Source of the DNA: Candidatus Limnocylindrales bacterium
Lineage (GTDB): Bacteria; Chloroflexota; Limnocylindria; Limnocylindrales; CSP1-4
Direction of reading: 5' to 3'
Assembly: GCA_046714395.1 (NCBI GenBank)
Contig: JBKKBB010000072.1
Location: 1 to 57,852 of the forward strand
DNA length: 57,852 nt
This document shows, one piece after another, positions 1 through 9,806 of the stretch. The first letter of the stretch is position 1, and every line of letters starts with the position of its first letter. The notes beneath the pieces are model-generated. The model was given only the letters and a program-made list of their open reading frames with translations, ran no database searches and was not told where the DNA came from. The position numbers were made by a program, and so were the translations under genes.

Positions 1-831
1 GCTCCACGGAATGACGTCGATCTTCTCGCCCGACAGCTCGGCCACCACGGCCTGCACCCGGGCGCCGCGCTGGCCGACGGTCGCCCCGACCGGGTCGAGC
101 CCCTCCTGGCGTGAACCGACGGCAACCTTGCTTCTACTGCCGGCTTCGCGGGCGATCGCTCGAATCTCGACCGTGCCGCTGTGGATCTCGGGAACCTCGA
201 GCTCGAACAGGCGCTTCAGGAACCCCTTGTGGGTCCGGGTCACGAACAGGGCCGGACCCTTGGGCAGACGGCGCACTTCCAGCACGAAGGCCTTGACGTT
301 CTGGCCGATGCGGTAATGCTCGAGCGGTGACTGTTCGGTGGTCGCGAGAATCGCCTCGACGCCCTTGCCGACATCGAGAATGATCGCCCGGGGTTCGACG
401 CGATTCACGGTGCCGGTGACGAGCTCACCCTCCCGACTCGCGAACTGGTCGTAGACGACGTCACGCTCGGCTTCGCGGAGGCGCTGCAGGACGACCTGCT
501 TCGCGGTTTGGGCACCAATCCGGCCGAAGACATCCCCATCCAGCTGCTCGGTCTCGACAAGCTCGCCGATCTGGGCATCAGGCTTGACCTTGTGGGCCTC
601 CTCCAGGGTGAACTCGGTCAGCTCATCCTGAACGTCCGAAACCGCGGTTCGGGCCCGGTAAACCCGGATCTTCCCGCTATCCGCATCGATCTGGACGTAG
701 ATGTCTTCTTCGTTCGCGATCCGTCGGTAGGCGGACTGGATCGCCTCCTCGACCGTTCGGATCAGCTGCTCGCGGGGAACCTGCTTCTCCGCGTTGAGCT
801 GAAGGAGGGCACCGATGAAATCTCGACTCAT
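1..831 (-). CDS. nusA: Transcription termination/antitermination factor NusA, N-terminal ~277 codons (3' end lies beyond the left edge of the window)
   Basis: Absent from the ORF track because no stop codon is in the window. My reverse-strand translation from ATG 831..829 reads MSRDFIGALLQLNAEKQVPREQLIRTVEEAIQSAYRR ... GELVTGTVNRVEPRAIILDVG (S1-like) ... RSKVAVGSRQEGLDPVGATVGQRGARVQAVVAELSGEKIDVI (KH-like). This is the NusA architecture. AAGGAGG at 849..843. Confidence 0.9.
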   Translation of the reverse strand, partial: MSRDFIGALLQLNAEKQVPREQLIRTVEEAIQSAYRRIANEEDIYVQIDADSGKIRVYRARTAVSDVQDELTEFTLEEAHKVKPDAQIGELVETEQLDGDVFGRIGAQTAKQVVLQRLREAERDVVYDQFASREGELVTGTVNRVEPRAIILDVGKGVEAILATTEQSPLEHYRIGQNVKAFVLEVRRLPKGPALFVTRTHKGFLKRLFELEVPEIHSGTVEIRAIAREAGSRSKVAVGSRQEGLDPVGATVGQRGARVQAVVAELSGEKIDVIPWS

Positions 832-875
832 GGTCGCATCGCCCTCCTTAACTGCTGTCTTAAGTGTCGCTGCCG

Positions 876-902
876 AAAAAAATACGTGGGGGTCACCCAC
901 GT
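876..902 (-). terminator. Intrinsic-terminator-like hairpin plus U7 tract between ispG and nusA
   Basis: Minus strand reads ACGTGGG-tgacc-CCCACGT-a-TTTTTTT (7-bp stem 902..896 / 890..884; A-run 876..882 on the + strand). It is the only 7-nt A/T homopolymer I noticed in the window. Confidence 0.65.
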
Positions 903-934
903 CCTTCGGAGGCGGCCATTCGATTCCGGCCGGG

Positions 935-963
935 AGTATACACCGGGGCCTCTGGACCGTCGA
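935..963 (-). promoter_or_regulatory. Candidate sigma-70-type promoter reading toward nusA (TCGACG - 17 nt - TATACT)
   Basis: Minus strand: TCGACG at 963..958, 17-nt spacer, TATACT at 940..935, just downstream of the ispG stop (973..971). Pattern match only; no experimental support. Confidence 0.4.
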
Positions 964-970
964 ATGACGG

Positions 971-2221
971 TCAGCCCGAAACGACCTCGGCTCGGGCCGG
1001 ATAGCGTCGCTCGACGTACTCCTCGAGCAGGCCGATGAACTCGTCGACGAGCCCGTCACCGCGAAGGGTCCGGTTCAGTTTTCCGTCCATGAAGACCGGT
1101 GCGACCGGCTCCTCGAACGTGCCGGGCAGGCTGATCCCGATGTCGGCGTGCTTGGACTCTCCAGGCCCGTTCACGACGCAGCCCATGACCGCGACAGTCA
1201 TCTCTTCCACGCCGGGTCGGGTGACCTGCCACGCCGGCATCCGGTCGCGGATGTGGCCCGAGATGCGCTCGGCCATCTCCTGGAAGAACGTCGACGTGGT
1301 TCGACCGCAGCCTGGACAGGCGCTCACCTGCGGGAGGAACGCGCGGAGGCCCATCGACTGGAGGATTTGCTGGGCCACCCGGACCTCCTCCTCACGCTCC
1401 CCGCCGGGAGCCGGCGTGAGCGACACCCTGATCGTGTCCCCGATTCCCTCCTCGAGCAGGATCGCGATCCCCGCCGTCGACGCGATGACACCCTTGGTCC
1501 CGAGGCCGGCCTCGGTCAGGCCGAGGTGGAGGGGGTAGTCGGAGCGCCGAGCCAGGATCCGATAGACGTCGAGGAGATCGCGGACACCGGAGACCTTCGC
1601 CGACACGATGATCCGGTCGTGGCGGAGTCCCGTCGCCTCGGCCAGTTCGGCGGAGCGCATGGCGGACTCGATCATCGCCTCGATCATCACCGCGCGGGCG
1701 TCGCGCGGCGCGGGCTGGCGGGCGTTGGCGTCCATCAGCTCGGTCAGGAGCCCCTGATCGAGCGAGCCCCAGTTGACCCCGATCCGGATCGGTTTGTCGT
1801 GCTCGATCGCGACCCGGATGATGGTCTGAAAGTGCTCGTCATGGCGCTTCGCGCCGACGTTGCCTGGATTGATCCGGTACTTCGCCAGGCCGGCGGCGGC
1901 GGCCGGGTGGTCAACCAGGAGCTTGTGCCCGTTGTAGTGGAAATCGCCCACGATTGGCACGGCCACCCCGAGGTCGGCCAGCTTCCGGAGCATGTCTGGC
2001 ACCGCGGCGGCGGCTTCGTCCGTGTTCACGGTCACCCGGACGAGCTGGCTGCCGGCGTGCGCCAGCCGGGCAACCTGGATGGCCGTGGCATCCGGATCGG
2101 CCGTGTCCGTGTTCGTCATCGACTGGACCACCACGGGGTGGGCGCTGCCCACCAGGACGCCGCCGACGTCGACCGAGATCGTCGACCGGCGACGAGGCCG
2201 AAGCTCGTCTGGCGAGCTCAT
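971..2221 (-). CDS. ispG: 4-hydroxy-3-methylbut-2-en-1-yl diphosphate synthase (IspG/GcpE)
   Basis: ORF 971..2263. Motifs [36 protein letters not shown]. Start trimmed to ATG 2221, which overlaps the rseP stop (ATGA); 2263 remains possible. Confidence 0.92.
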   Translation of the reverse strand: MSSPDELRPRRRSTISVDVGGVLVGSAHPVVVQSMTNTDTADPDATAIQVARLAHAGSQLVRVTVNTDEAAAAVPDMLRKLADLGVAVPIVGDFHYNGHKLLVDHPAAAAGLAKYRINPGNVGAKRHDEHFQTIIRVAIEHDKPIRIGVNWGSLDQGLLTELMDANARQPAPRDARAVMIEAMIESAMRSAELAEATGLRHDRIIVSAKVSGVRDLLDVYRILARRSDYPLHLGLTEAGLGTKGVIASTAGIAILLEEGIGDTIRVSLTPAPGGEREEEVRVAQQILQSMGLRAFLPQVSACPGCGRTTSTFFQEMAERISGHIRDRMPAWQVTRPGVEEMTVAVMGCVVNGPGESKHADIGISLPGTFEEPVAPVFMDGKLNRTLRGDGLVDEFIGLLEEYVERRYPARAEVVSG

Positions 2222-3324
2222 TCCCCGGCAAGCCCGCGGACGATGTCGTAGCCGGTGACCCACACGAGGAACGCGAGCAGCATCGCAAAGCCGAGCACGT
2301 AGGACAGTCGTTCCGCACGCAGCGACAGCCGCGCTCCGGCGACCCGCTTGATGAGTAGCATCAGGATCCGCCCGCCATCGAGCGGTGGGAACGGCAGGAT
2401 GTTGACGACGGCGAGATTGGCCGACAGGATCCCGGCCAGGTACAGCGTGACCACCGGCCCAAGCGTCCAGAAGACATCGCCGATCTGCGTTGCGATGCCG
2501 ACCGGCCCGGACGCGGGCGGCGGTTCAGTGGGCCTGGTGATGATTGCCGTCGCGAGCTGGCCGACGCCATCGATGATCAGGCCCATTGCCGAGGCCGTCC
2601 GCTCCAGGCCGAGGCCGAGCGCCACGTCGAATGCATACTGGATGCGGTCCGGGGTCGCCCGCGGCTCCAGGGGAAACTCAACGATCTTGCCGATCCCCAG
2701 GGCGCCCTTGCCGGCCTCCACCGCGTCCTGCGTTCGCAGCGTCGCGGTGAGATCCGTCACGTCATCGCCCCGGCGGACCGTTAGGATCACGGTCCGGCCG
2801 GCGCTGTCGTGAAGCTCTCCGAGGATCGAGCCGGGCCCGAATGCGCCAAACGCCCGGCCCCCGACTCGCTCGATCACGTCACCGACGCGGACGCCCGCGG
2901 CTTCGGCCGGCGAGCCCGGTTCGACATACGGTACGTAGACACCGATGGCGGGATCCCCGGTCAGGGCGATGCCGGTAAAGATCGCCCCGGCCAGGAGCAC
3001 GTTCATGACGACGCCGGCCACGAGGATGACCAGCTTCTTGGGCAGTCCCTGCGCAGAAAACGAGCGCGGGTCGTCGGCATCGCCGCCGTCCTCGCCTTCG
3101 AGCTTCACGAAGCCGCCGATCGGCAGCCAGTTCAGCGTGTAGACCGTTCCCCCGACATCCCGGAGCACTTTCGCGCGCGGTGGGAAGCCCACCCCGAATT
3201 CGAGGACCCGGACGCGGAACAGCTTGGCGACCACAAAGTGCCCCAACTCGTGGACCACGACGAGCACGCCGAGGATGCCGAAGAACAGAACGATCGTGAC
3301 CAGCGAGCGGCCGATGTCGATCAC
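2218..3324 (-). CDS. rseP: RIP zinc metalloprotease RseP/RasP (M50 site-2 protease with PDZ domain)
   Basis: ORF 2218..3324. HELGH zinc motif ([14 protein letters not shown]), PDZ-like central region, hydrophobic N- and C-terminal segments. 4-nt overlap with the dxr stop. Confidence 0.9.
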   Translation of the reverse strand: MIDIGRSLVTIVLFFGILGVLVVVHELGHFVVAKLFRVRVLEFGVGFPPRAKVLRDVGGTVYTLNWLPIGGFVKLEGEDGGDADDPRSFSAQGLPKKLVILVAGVVMNVLLAGAIFTGIALTGDPAIGVYVPYVEPGSPAEAAGVRVGDVIERVGGRAFGAFGPGSILGELHDSAGRTVILTVRRGDDVTDLTATLRTQDAVEAGKGALGIGKIVEFPLEPRATPDRIQYAFDVALGLGLERTASAMGLIIDGVGQLATAIITRPTEPPPASGPVGIATQIGDVFWTLGPVVTLYLAGILSANLAVVNILPFPPLDGGRILMLLIKRVAGARLSLRAERLSYVLGFAMLLAFLVWVTGYDIVRGLAGE

Positions 3325-4538
3325 GCAACCGCCCCGGTCGCATAGCGCTGCCGGATCTCGAGATCGAGCTCGATCAGCGCCTCGACATCCGGCCCGGCGG
3401 CGCCCGCTCGCCCGTAGCGGCCGGTGGCCGCCTCGAGCAGCCGCGGGATCCCCGGAAAGTCGAGCGTTCCAGCCAGGAATCTAAACACCGCCACATCGTC
3501 CGCGGCGATCAGGGCCGCCGTCGCCCAGGGTCCGTCCAGGCCGGCCGCGCGAGCGACCCGGAGCGCGGGAAAGCGCTCGAGGTCCGGCGCCGAAAAGTCG
3601 AGGCGCGCGATGGCCACGAGATCGGGGGCGACCGCCGGAGACGCCTGTCGATCCGGGTACGTCAGCGCGTATTGAATGGGAAGGCGCATGTCGGGAGTCC
3701 CCAGCTGGGCCTTGAGGGCACCGTCCACGAACTGGACGGCGGAATGCACCACCGACTGGGGGTGGATGACGACCTCAATTGCGTCGTAACCGACATCGTA
3801 CAGCCAGTGCGCCTCGACAACCTCCAGGCCCTTGTTCGCCAGGGTCGCGCTGTCGATGGTGATCTTGGGGCCCATGGACCAGGTCGGATGGCGGAGTGCC
3901 TGTTCGGGCGTGACCAATGCCAACTCGGCGGCCGCCATGTCCCGGAAGGGGCCACCGGAAGCCGTCAGGATCAGGCGCTCGATCGCGCCCGGCGGCTCCC
4001 CGACCAGACATTGCCAGATGGCTGAGTGCTCGGAATCTATCGGCCGGATCCAGCCGAGCACGCTCGCCAGCGGGTCGGCGGGACGCTCCGTGGCGACCCC
4101 CGCCGCCAGCGCCCGGGCCAGCGGCATGACGAGGTGGCCGCCGGCGACGAGTGTCTCCTTGTTCGCGGTCGCAACCGGGGTTCCCGCGTTGAGGGCCGCC
4201 AGGACCGCTCGCAGGCTGACCATGCCGCCGGTCGCGACGACCAGGAGGTCGAGATCCGGAAGCGCGGCAAGCGCGGTCAGCGCGTCCGAACCCACCTCCA
4301 CGTGGACGCCGGCGGGCAGATCCCCGAGATCACCCAGGTCGGCGCCTTCGGCCACGATCGCCCGGCCGGGACGGATGGCCCGGATCTGTTCCCCGAGCAG
4401 GCTGGTGTTCCGACCCGCGGCGAGGCCGATGATCTCGAACTGCCCGTCGCGCGCGAGCACGTCCAGGGTCTGCCTGCCAATCGATCCGGTGGATCCGAGC
4501 ACGGCGACCCGCCGGCGACGTCCTGGATCAGCCATCAC
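3321..4538 (-). CDS. dxr: 1-deoxy-D-xylulose 5-phosphate reductoisomerase
   Basis: ORF 3321..4538. VAVLGSTGSIGRQTLDV NADPH loop, DSEHSAIWQC, NKGLEVVEAHWL. GTG 4538 or ATG 4535 start. Confidence 0.95.
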   Translation of the reverse strand: MMADPGRRRRVAVLGSTGSIGRQTLDVLARDGQFEIIGLAAGRNTSLLGEQIRAIRPGRAIVAEGADLGDLGDLPAGVHVEVGSDALTALAALPDLDLLVVATGGMVSLRAVLAALNAGTPVATANKETLVAGGHLVMPLARALAAGVATERPADPLASVLGWIRPIDSEHSAIWQCLVGEPPGAIERLILTASGGPFRDMAAAELALVTPEQALRHPTWSMGPKITIDSATLANKGLEVVEAHWLYDVGYDAIEVVIHPQSVVHSAVQFVDGALKAQLGTPDMRLPIQYALTYPDRQASPAVAPDLVAIARLDFSAPDLERFPALRVARAAGLDGPWATAALIAADDVAVFRFLAGTLDFPGIPRLLEAATGRYGRAGAAGPDVEALIELDLEIRQRYATGAVA

Positions 4539-4550
4539 GTGCGCACGGGT

Positions 4551-5399
4551 TCAGCGAAACGCGACGAGCACGTACAGGACAACCGCCGGTGCCGCGAACA
4601 AGAAGGAGTCCAATCGATCCAGGACGCCCCCGTGACCGGGGATCAGGTGGCCCGAATCCTTGACCCCGGCGGCCCGCTTGAGCATTGATTCGACCAGGTC
4701 GCCGGCCTGGGCGGCCACGGCGATAACCGGTCCGAGCAGGAGTCCGCTGGTCCACGCGTACCCGAGCGCGACCACGAATAGCGTTGCCAGGACGGACACG
4801 GTGATCGTGCCGCCGATCATGCCCTCGACCGTCTTGGACGGCGAGATATGGCGCATGAACGGCCGCCGTCCAAACCTGCGGCCGACGAAGTAGGCACCGG
4901 TATCGAACGACCACACCCCCACGACGAGGAGTAGCAGCCAGGCCCGTTCAGGACTAAGAAACCCGAGCGGTGCTCCCGCCGGCAAATCTGGAGCCAGGTC
5001 GGCCAGCCGCGGAATGAACCCGAGCATCCCCACGTAGATGGCCCCGAACGTCGTCGTCGCGAAACCAGCGAGGCCGTCGCGCGGATCGATCCTCGTCAAC
5101 GCCGCAGCTCCGGTCAGGACGATCCCGATGCTGGCGAGCAGAAGGCCCGACCCTCCGGGCAGCGAGGGGATCGCATCGCCGATCGCAATCACCACGGCCA
5201 GGACAACACCGAGTGCGGGGAACGCCGCGTGACCGGCCGCCTCGAGGAGCCGGAACACCTCTCGTGCCCCGACGGCCGCAGCGACGGCAACCAGGACAAG
5301 GAGCCACGGTCCGCCCAGCCAGAGCAACAGGAGGATGGGCGGAACGAGGAGCGTTGCGCTCCGGACGCGGTCGGTCAGCATGGCCGCACTAGCGACCAA
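4551..5399 (-). CDS. cdsA: Phosphatidate cytidylyltransferase (CDP-diglyceride synthase)
   Basis: ORF 4551..5399. Multi-TM. SPSKTVEGMIGG and the CTP-transferase signature SMLKRAAGVKDSGHLIPGHGGVLDRLDS. Start uncertain (5399 or ATG 5381). Confidence 0.9.
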   Translation of the reverse strand: MVASAAMLTDRVRSATLLVPPILLLLWLGGPWLLVLVAVAAAVGAREVFRLLEAAGHAAFPALGVVLAVVIAIGDAIPSLPGGSGLLLASIGIVLTGAAALTRIDPRDGLAGFATTTFGAIYVGMLGFIPRLADLAPDLPAGAPLGFLSPERAWLLLLVVGVWSFDTGAYFVGRRFGRRPFMRHISPSKTVEGMIGGTITVSVLATLFVVALGYAWTSGLLLGPVIAVAAQAGDLVESMLKRAAGVKDSGHLIPGHGGVLDRLDSFLFAAPAVVLYVLVAFR

Positions 5400-6183
5400 A
5401 GCGACGTTGGCGGGAGGCGTACTCGTCGAGTGCTGCGTCGAGTGCTTCGGCGCCGAAGTCGGGCCACAGCGTTGCCGTGGTCACGAGCTCGGCATAGGCG
5501 GACTGCCAGATCAGAAAATTGGACAGGCGCTCCTCGCCACCGGTCCGGATGACCAGATCCGGGTCGGGCGTTCCGGCGGTGTAGAGGGCGTCGGCGATGG
5601 TCGTCTCGTCGATCGCGGCCGCGGGCAGGCCGGACGCGACGATCGTCCGGATCGCATCCACGAGCTCGGTCCGTCCGGCGTAGTTGAACGCGATCGTCAG
5701 GAGCATCTCGGTGCCGTCGGCGGTTGCCGCCAGGGCGTCGTCAATCGAGGCCCGCGTTTCGGGCGGCAGCTCGTGCATCCGGCCGATCATCCGGACCCTT
5801 ACGCCCTGCGCTCGGAGCTCCTCGGTCTCGTTGCGAATCGCGGCCTCGAGCAGCCCGAACAGCGCGGCCACCTCGTGGTCGGCCCGAGCCCAGTTCTCGC
5901 GGCTGAAGGCGTACAGGGTCAGGGCACGTATCCCGCGACGACGAGCGTGCCGCAGAACACCCCGAATGGCCTCCACGCCGGCCGGGTGCCCCTCCAGCTC
6001 GTCGAGCCCCCGCTCTCGGGCCCAGCGCCGGTTGCCATCCATGATGATTGCCACGTGATGGGGCCGGTCCAACTCGACCGTCGCGTCTGGCTGCCGGACT
6101 GGGCCGGGCTCGTCTGTCCGTGAGTCCGTCTCGTGGGCCGATGGAGGGGCGTCGGTCGGCCGGACGAGTGGTGCGCGCGCCAC
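5389..6183 (-). CDS. uppS: Isoprenyl transferase / undecaprenyl diphosphate synthase
   Basis: ORF 5389..6183. HVAIIMDGNRRWA, ERLSNFLIWQSAYAEL. GTG start shares one base with the frr TAG stop. ~40-aa N-terminal extension, so an internal start is possible. Confidence 0.92.
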   Translation of the reverse strand: MARAPLVRPTDAPPSAHETDSRTDEPGPVRQPDATVELDRPHHVAIIMDGNRRWARERGLDELEGHPAGVEAIRGVLRHARRRGIRALTLYAFSRENWARADHEVAALFGLLEAAIRNETEELRAQGVRVRMIGRMHELPPETRASIDDALAATADGTEMLLTIAFNYAGRTELVDAIRTIVASGLPAAAIDETTIADALYTAGTPDPDLVIRTGGEERLSNFLIWQSAYAELVTTATLWPDFGAEALDAALDEYASRQRRFGR

Positions 6184-6740
6184 TAGACCTCCAGGACTTC
6201 CTGTTCCTTCGTGGCTCCGACGCGGTCGACGTCGCTGATGTGGCGATCCGTGGTCCGCTGGATGGATTCGAGGACCCGATGCGCATCATCCTGACCGATC
6301 TCGCCGTCGCGCTCGAGCTTCTTGAGCTGGTCGGCGGCGTCGCGGCGCAGATTGCGGATCTCGACCCGCGCCTCCTCCATCCGCCGATGAACCACCTTGA
6401 CCAGGTCCCGCCGGCGTTCCTCGGTGAGTTGCGGGATGTTCAACCGAACCACGGTGCCGTCGACGTTGGGCATGAGCCCGAGGTCGCTCTTGGTGATGGC
6501 CTTCTCGATCGCCCCGAGCACGCTCCGGTCCCACGGCTGGATCACGATCTGATGGGGTTCGGGAACGCTGATCCCGGCGAGCTGGTTGAGCGGGGTCTGG
6601 GTCCCGTAGAAGTCCACGTGGATGCGCTCCACGAGGCTGGTCGAAGCGCGGCCGGTCCGGATCCCCTGAAAGTCACGCTCCATCGCCTCGACGGCACGCG
6701 CCATCCGCTGATCCGCACCCGCGACGATCTCGCTGCTCAT
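6183..6740 (-). CDS. frr: Ribosome recycling factor
   Basis: ORF 6183..6740, 185 aa. Typical RRF sequence ([21 protein letters not shown]..., [11 protein letters not shown]). ATGA overlap with pyrH. Confidence 0.95.
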   Translation of the reverse strand: MSSEIVAGADQRMARAVEAMERDFQGIRTGRASTSLVERIHVDFYGTQTPLNQLAGISVPEPHQIVIQPWDRSVLGAIEKAITKSDLGLMPNVDGTVVRLNIPQLTEERRRDLVKVVHRRMEEARVEIRNLRRDAADQLKKLERDGEIGQDDAHRVLESIQRTTDRHISDVDRVGATKEQEVLEV

Positions 6741-7495
6741 CCCAGGACGCCTCCAGACGTCGGGGCCGCGATCAGCGTCCCCACCGGCTCGCCGAGCGCG
6801 ACCCGGACGATGTTGTCGGGCTGATTGAGGTCGAAGACGACGATTGGAAGGTCATTCTCCATGCACAGCGCAACCGCTGCAGCGTCCATGACTTTGAGCT
6901 GGTCCCGAAGAAGGTCGGCGTAGACCAGCCGGTCATAGCGTCGCGCGGTCGGGACCTTGAGCGGGTCCTGGTCGTACACGCCATCCACCTTGGTGGCCTT
7001 CAGGAGCACCTCGGCGCCGATCTCGACGGCACGCAGAGCGGCGGCCGTGTCGGTGGTGAAGTAGGGATTGCCGGTCCCCGCGACGAAGATGGTCACCCTG
7101 CCCTTCTCGAGGTGACGGACGGCGCGGCGTCGAATATACGGCTCGGCGATCTCGTTCATCGCGATCGCGCTCATGACCCGTGTCGGCAGACCTGCCCGTT
7201 CGACTGCATCCTGGAGCGCCAGGCCGTTCATGACCGTGGCCAGCATGCCGATGTAATCGCCGGTCGCGCGGTCCATACCCGCGGCGGCCGCGGCCATGCC
7301 CCGGAAGATGTTGCCGCCACCGACGACGATCCCGACCTCGACACCGGTCGCGTGGACCCGTGCGACCTGGCTCGCGATGAACGCGCAGACGGCCGGGTCG
7401 ACCCCGTAGTGGCGATCGCCGAGGAGTGCCTCGCCGGACAGCTTGAGCAGAATTCGGCGGTAGGGAGTCTGCGGTCGTGCGGACCCGGCCGTCAC
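6737..7495 (-). CDS. pyrH: UMP kinase
   Basis: ORF 6737..7495. [40 protein letters not shown] overlap with tsf. Confidence 0.95.
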   Translation of the reverse strand: MTAGSARPQTPYRRILLKLSGEALLGDRHYGVDPAVCAFIASQVARVHATGVEVGIVVGGGNIFRGMAAAAAGMDRATGDYIGMLATVMNGLALQDAVERAGLPTRVMSAIAMNEIAEPYIRRRAVRHLEKGRVTIFVAGTGNPYFTTDTAAALRAVEIGAEVLLKATKVDGVYDQDPLKVPTARRYDRLVYADLLRDQLKVMDAAAVALCMENDLPIVVFDLNQPDNIVRVALGEPVGTLIAAPTSGGVLG

Positions 7496-8091
7496 AGTTC
7501 CTCCCCGAGCGCATAGCGGACGAACCGCCGCACCCGGATGTTCTCCCCGATCGTGGCGATCTTCTCGGTCACGAGCTCACGCACGGAGCGGTCTTCGTCA
7601 CGGAAGGGCTGCTCGAGCAGGCAGACCTCGCGGGCCCACTTCTTGAGCTGACCGTCCACGATCTTCTCGCGGATGTCCGCCGGCTTGGTCGCGGCCGCGG
7701 GATCGGCGGCGAGCTCTGCTTTCTTGCGCTCCAGCTCGGCGGCCGGAATTCCGTCCATGTCGACATAGAGCGGAGCGAGCCCGGCAACTTGCACCGCCAG
7801 ATCTCGAACGAGCTTCTGGAACTCGTCCGTGCGAGCCACGAAGTCCGTCTCGCAGTTGACCTCGATCAGCACGCCGACGCGACCGCCCGTGTGGATGTAG
7901 CTCGACACGAGGCCCTCGCGAGCGTCGCGGCCGGCCTTCTTCGCCGCGGCTGCGAGGCCACGGTCGCGCAGCATGGCGATGGCCTTCTCCACGTCGCCGC
8001 CGGTCTCCTCCAGGACGCGCTTGCAATCCATGAAGCCTGCTCCGGTACGTTCGCGAAGTTCCTTCACCGCCTCGGCGCTGATTGTGGCCAT
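7492..8091 (-). CDS. tsf: Elongation factor Ts (short ~200-aa form)
   Basis: ORF 7492..8091. UBA-like N-terminus [35 protein letters not shown]. Sits directly downstream of rpsB. Confidence 0.93.
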   Translation of the reverse strand: MATISAEAVKELRERTGAGFMDCKRVLEETGGDVEKAIAMLRDRGLAAAAKKAGRDAREGLVSSYIHTGGRVGVLIEVNCETDFVARTDEFQKLVRDLAVQVAGLAPLYVDMDGIPAAELERKKAELAADPAAATKPADIREKIVDGQLKKWAREVCLLEQPFRDEDRSVRELVTEKIATIGENIRVRRFVRYALGEEL

Positions 8092-8159
8092 GCTCGTTCG
8101 TTACTCCTGATTCAGGCGACGGGGCCTCCCCCGTCGCGGTGGACGTGGACTTGCCTGGA

Positions 8160-9104
8160 TCAGCCGATGGTCGCGGCAGCTTCCCGTTCGGCGGCCTCGC
8201 GGGCCAGCTCGGCGGCAATCTCCTCGGGCGTGGCCGTGGCCTCTTCGACGGCGGGCACCACCGGCAAGCCGGGCAGGAGGTCATCGTCGTCATCCGGAGC
8301 GAAGCTCAGAGCCGCGCCGCCGGCTAGGGCTGCAACCAGGGCATCGCTGGCGCCGACATCGTCGTACTCGGGTTCGACGGTCATCGGCTCGGGCTCGGGT
8401 TCGATCGTCGCACGTGACGCGCGCTCCTGGGCGCCCTCGATGGCCGCGTCGGCGACGAGTGAGCAGAGTAGCCGGATGGCGCGAATCGCATCGTCATTGG
8501 CAGGAATGATGAAGTCGATCTCGTCCGGATCCACATTCGTGTCGCCGGTCCCGACGACCGGCAGCTCCAGCTTGTTCGCCTCGGTGATGGCGATCCGCTC
8601 GCGATGCGGGTCGACGATGAAGACGGCGCCGGGCAGCCGCTTCATCTTGCGAATGCCACCGAGTGTCGCGTTCAGCTTGTTCAGCTCTTCGGTCAGCTTT
8701 GCGGCCTCCTTCTTGGGGAGGCGATCGAACTCACCCGACTGCTGGCGTGCTTCGAGCTGTTCGAGGAGCCCGATGCGCTTCTTGATGGTCACAAAGTTCG
8801 TGAGCATCCCGCCCAGCCAGCGCTTGTTGATGTAGGGCATCCCCGCACGGGTCGCCTCCTCGGCGATCGGCTCCTGGGCCTGCTTCTTGGTCCCGATGAA
8901 CAGGACCGGCTCGCCGCGGGCGACCGTTTCGCGCACGAAGTCGAGCGCAACCTGCAATCGTTGGGCGGTCTGGGCCAGATCGATGATGTGGATCCCGTTG
9001 CGCTCCGCGAAAATGAACGGGCGCATCTTTGGATTCCAGCGGCGCGTCTGGTGCCCGAAGTGGACACCCGCTTCGAGCAGCTGCCGCATTGAGACGGACG
9101 GCAC
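8160..9104 (-). CDS. rpsB: 30S ribosomal protein S2 with Ala/Asp/Glu-rich C-terminal tail
   Basis: ORF 8160..9104. [25 protein letters not shown] start 9104 lies 9 nt after AGGAGG (9119..9114). ~80-aa low-complexity acidic tail. Confidence 0.95.
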   Translation of the reverse strand: MPSVSMRQLLEAGVHFGHQTRRWNPKMRPFIFAERNGIHIIDLAQTAQRLQVALDFVRETVARGEPVLFIGTKKQAQEPIAEEATRAGMPYINKRWLGGMLTNFVTIKKRIGLLEQLEARQQSGEFDRLPKKEAAKLTEELNKLNATLGGIRKMKRLPGAVFIVDPHRERIAITEANKLELPVVGTGDTNVDPDEIDFIIPANDDAIRAIRLLCSLVADAAIEGAQERASRATIEPEPEPMTVEPEYDDVGASDALVAALAGGAALSFAPDDDDDLLPGLPVVPAVEEATATPEEIAAELAREAAEREAAATIG

Positions 9105-9277
9105 GGGGCGAAACCTCCTGATCCGGTTGTATCCGCCGCGGACCCCATCGCCGGGAACCGATCAGGCTCGCTCGCGCGCGTCTGACTCGGCACCGTCCCG
9201 GTGGGAACGATCCGCGTGTGAGCTCCGTCGCCGGTCGGCGACGGGCATGGGGCCACGGACGGTCCGCGGCGGGCCGG

Positions 9278-9286
9278 AGTGTAGCA
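9278..9286 (-). promoter_or_regulatory. Candidate extended -10 promoter (TGcTACACT) for rpsB-tsf
   Basis: Minus strand TGC-TACACT at 9286..9278, 25 nt after the yraN stop. Implies a ~165-nt rpsB 5' leader. Confidence 0.4.
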
Positions 9287-9310
9287 CAGGGTTCGCCTGA
9301 AACCCGGGCC

Positions 9311-9703
9311 TCAGATTGCCGCCACGTGGTGTCGGATACGGACCGGGCCGTCCGAAGCGGAAGCCGGTTCGACGACGACGAGGTCCAGGCGCAGCGGTAA
9401 CGGTGGCACCAGCGTGCCGTCTGCCATCACGCCTTTGGCGCGCAGCGCCTGAGCCGCACGACGAAGGCGAAGCCGCTTGCGGGCATCCACCGTCTCCTCG
9501 GCCAGGCCGAAATCACGTCGCGCGCGGGTGCGTACCTCAACGATGACGAGCCGCCTGGGCGACACGATGTCCACGGCGACAATATCCAGTTCGGCCCGCC
9601 CGACCCGGACCTGCCGCCCGAGGATCTGCCATCCGGCGGCGGACAGGCGGTCGGCAACAAGTTGCTCGGCCAGATCTCCCGTTCGCTGCGCCTCGGTCCG
9701 CAT
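9311..9703 (-). CDS. yraN: YraN-family (UPF0102) endonuclease-like protein
   Basis: ORF 9311..9703, 130 aa. RVGRAELDIVAV...LVIVEVRTR matches the YraN restriction-endonuclease-like core. Conserved position next to rnhB. Confidence 0.8.
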   Translation of the reverse strand: MRTEAQRTGDLAEQLVADRLSAAGWQILGRQVRVGRAELDIVAVDIVSPRRLVIVEVRTRARRDFGLAEETVDARKRLRLRRAAQALRAKGVMADGTLVPPLPLRLDLVVVEPASASDGPVRIRHHVAAI

Positions 9704-9806
9704 GGCCCAACCATCGCAGGCGTCACTGCACCGCCGCTTATCTGGGACTTTTCAGGCAATCGTGTCCACGCGTGCAGCGGCGCCGCTCAAGTCGCGGCGA
9801 ACCGAC

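Noticed and set aside
832-845. Three-codon mini-ORF ATG-CGA-CCA-TGA in the nusA leader, whose stop overlaps the nusA ATG.
   Set aside because: Its ATG is only 3 nt from the GGAGG core, too close for efficient initiation. It is most likely a coincidence of the SD-ATG spacer, and there is no evidence for a regulatory uORF.
8160-8400. Acidic Ala/Asp/Glu-rich tails on S2, S6 (56893..57000), SSB and the coiled-coil protein, considered as possible separate small acidic ORFs or a shared module.
   Set aside because: All are in frame with the upstream conserved domains and have no internal start signals. Low-complexity acidic tails on these proteins are common in high-GC Gram-positive-type lineages.
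9704-9806. 103-nt gap between rnhB and yraN, examined for a small RNA or promoter (TTGCCT ... TAAGCG; long-range CTGCAC/GTGCAG inverted repeat).
   Set aside because: The hexamer spacing (13 nt) is wrong for a promoter, and the inverted repeat arms are only 6 nt and 50 nt apart. Nothing can be supported.
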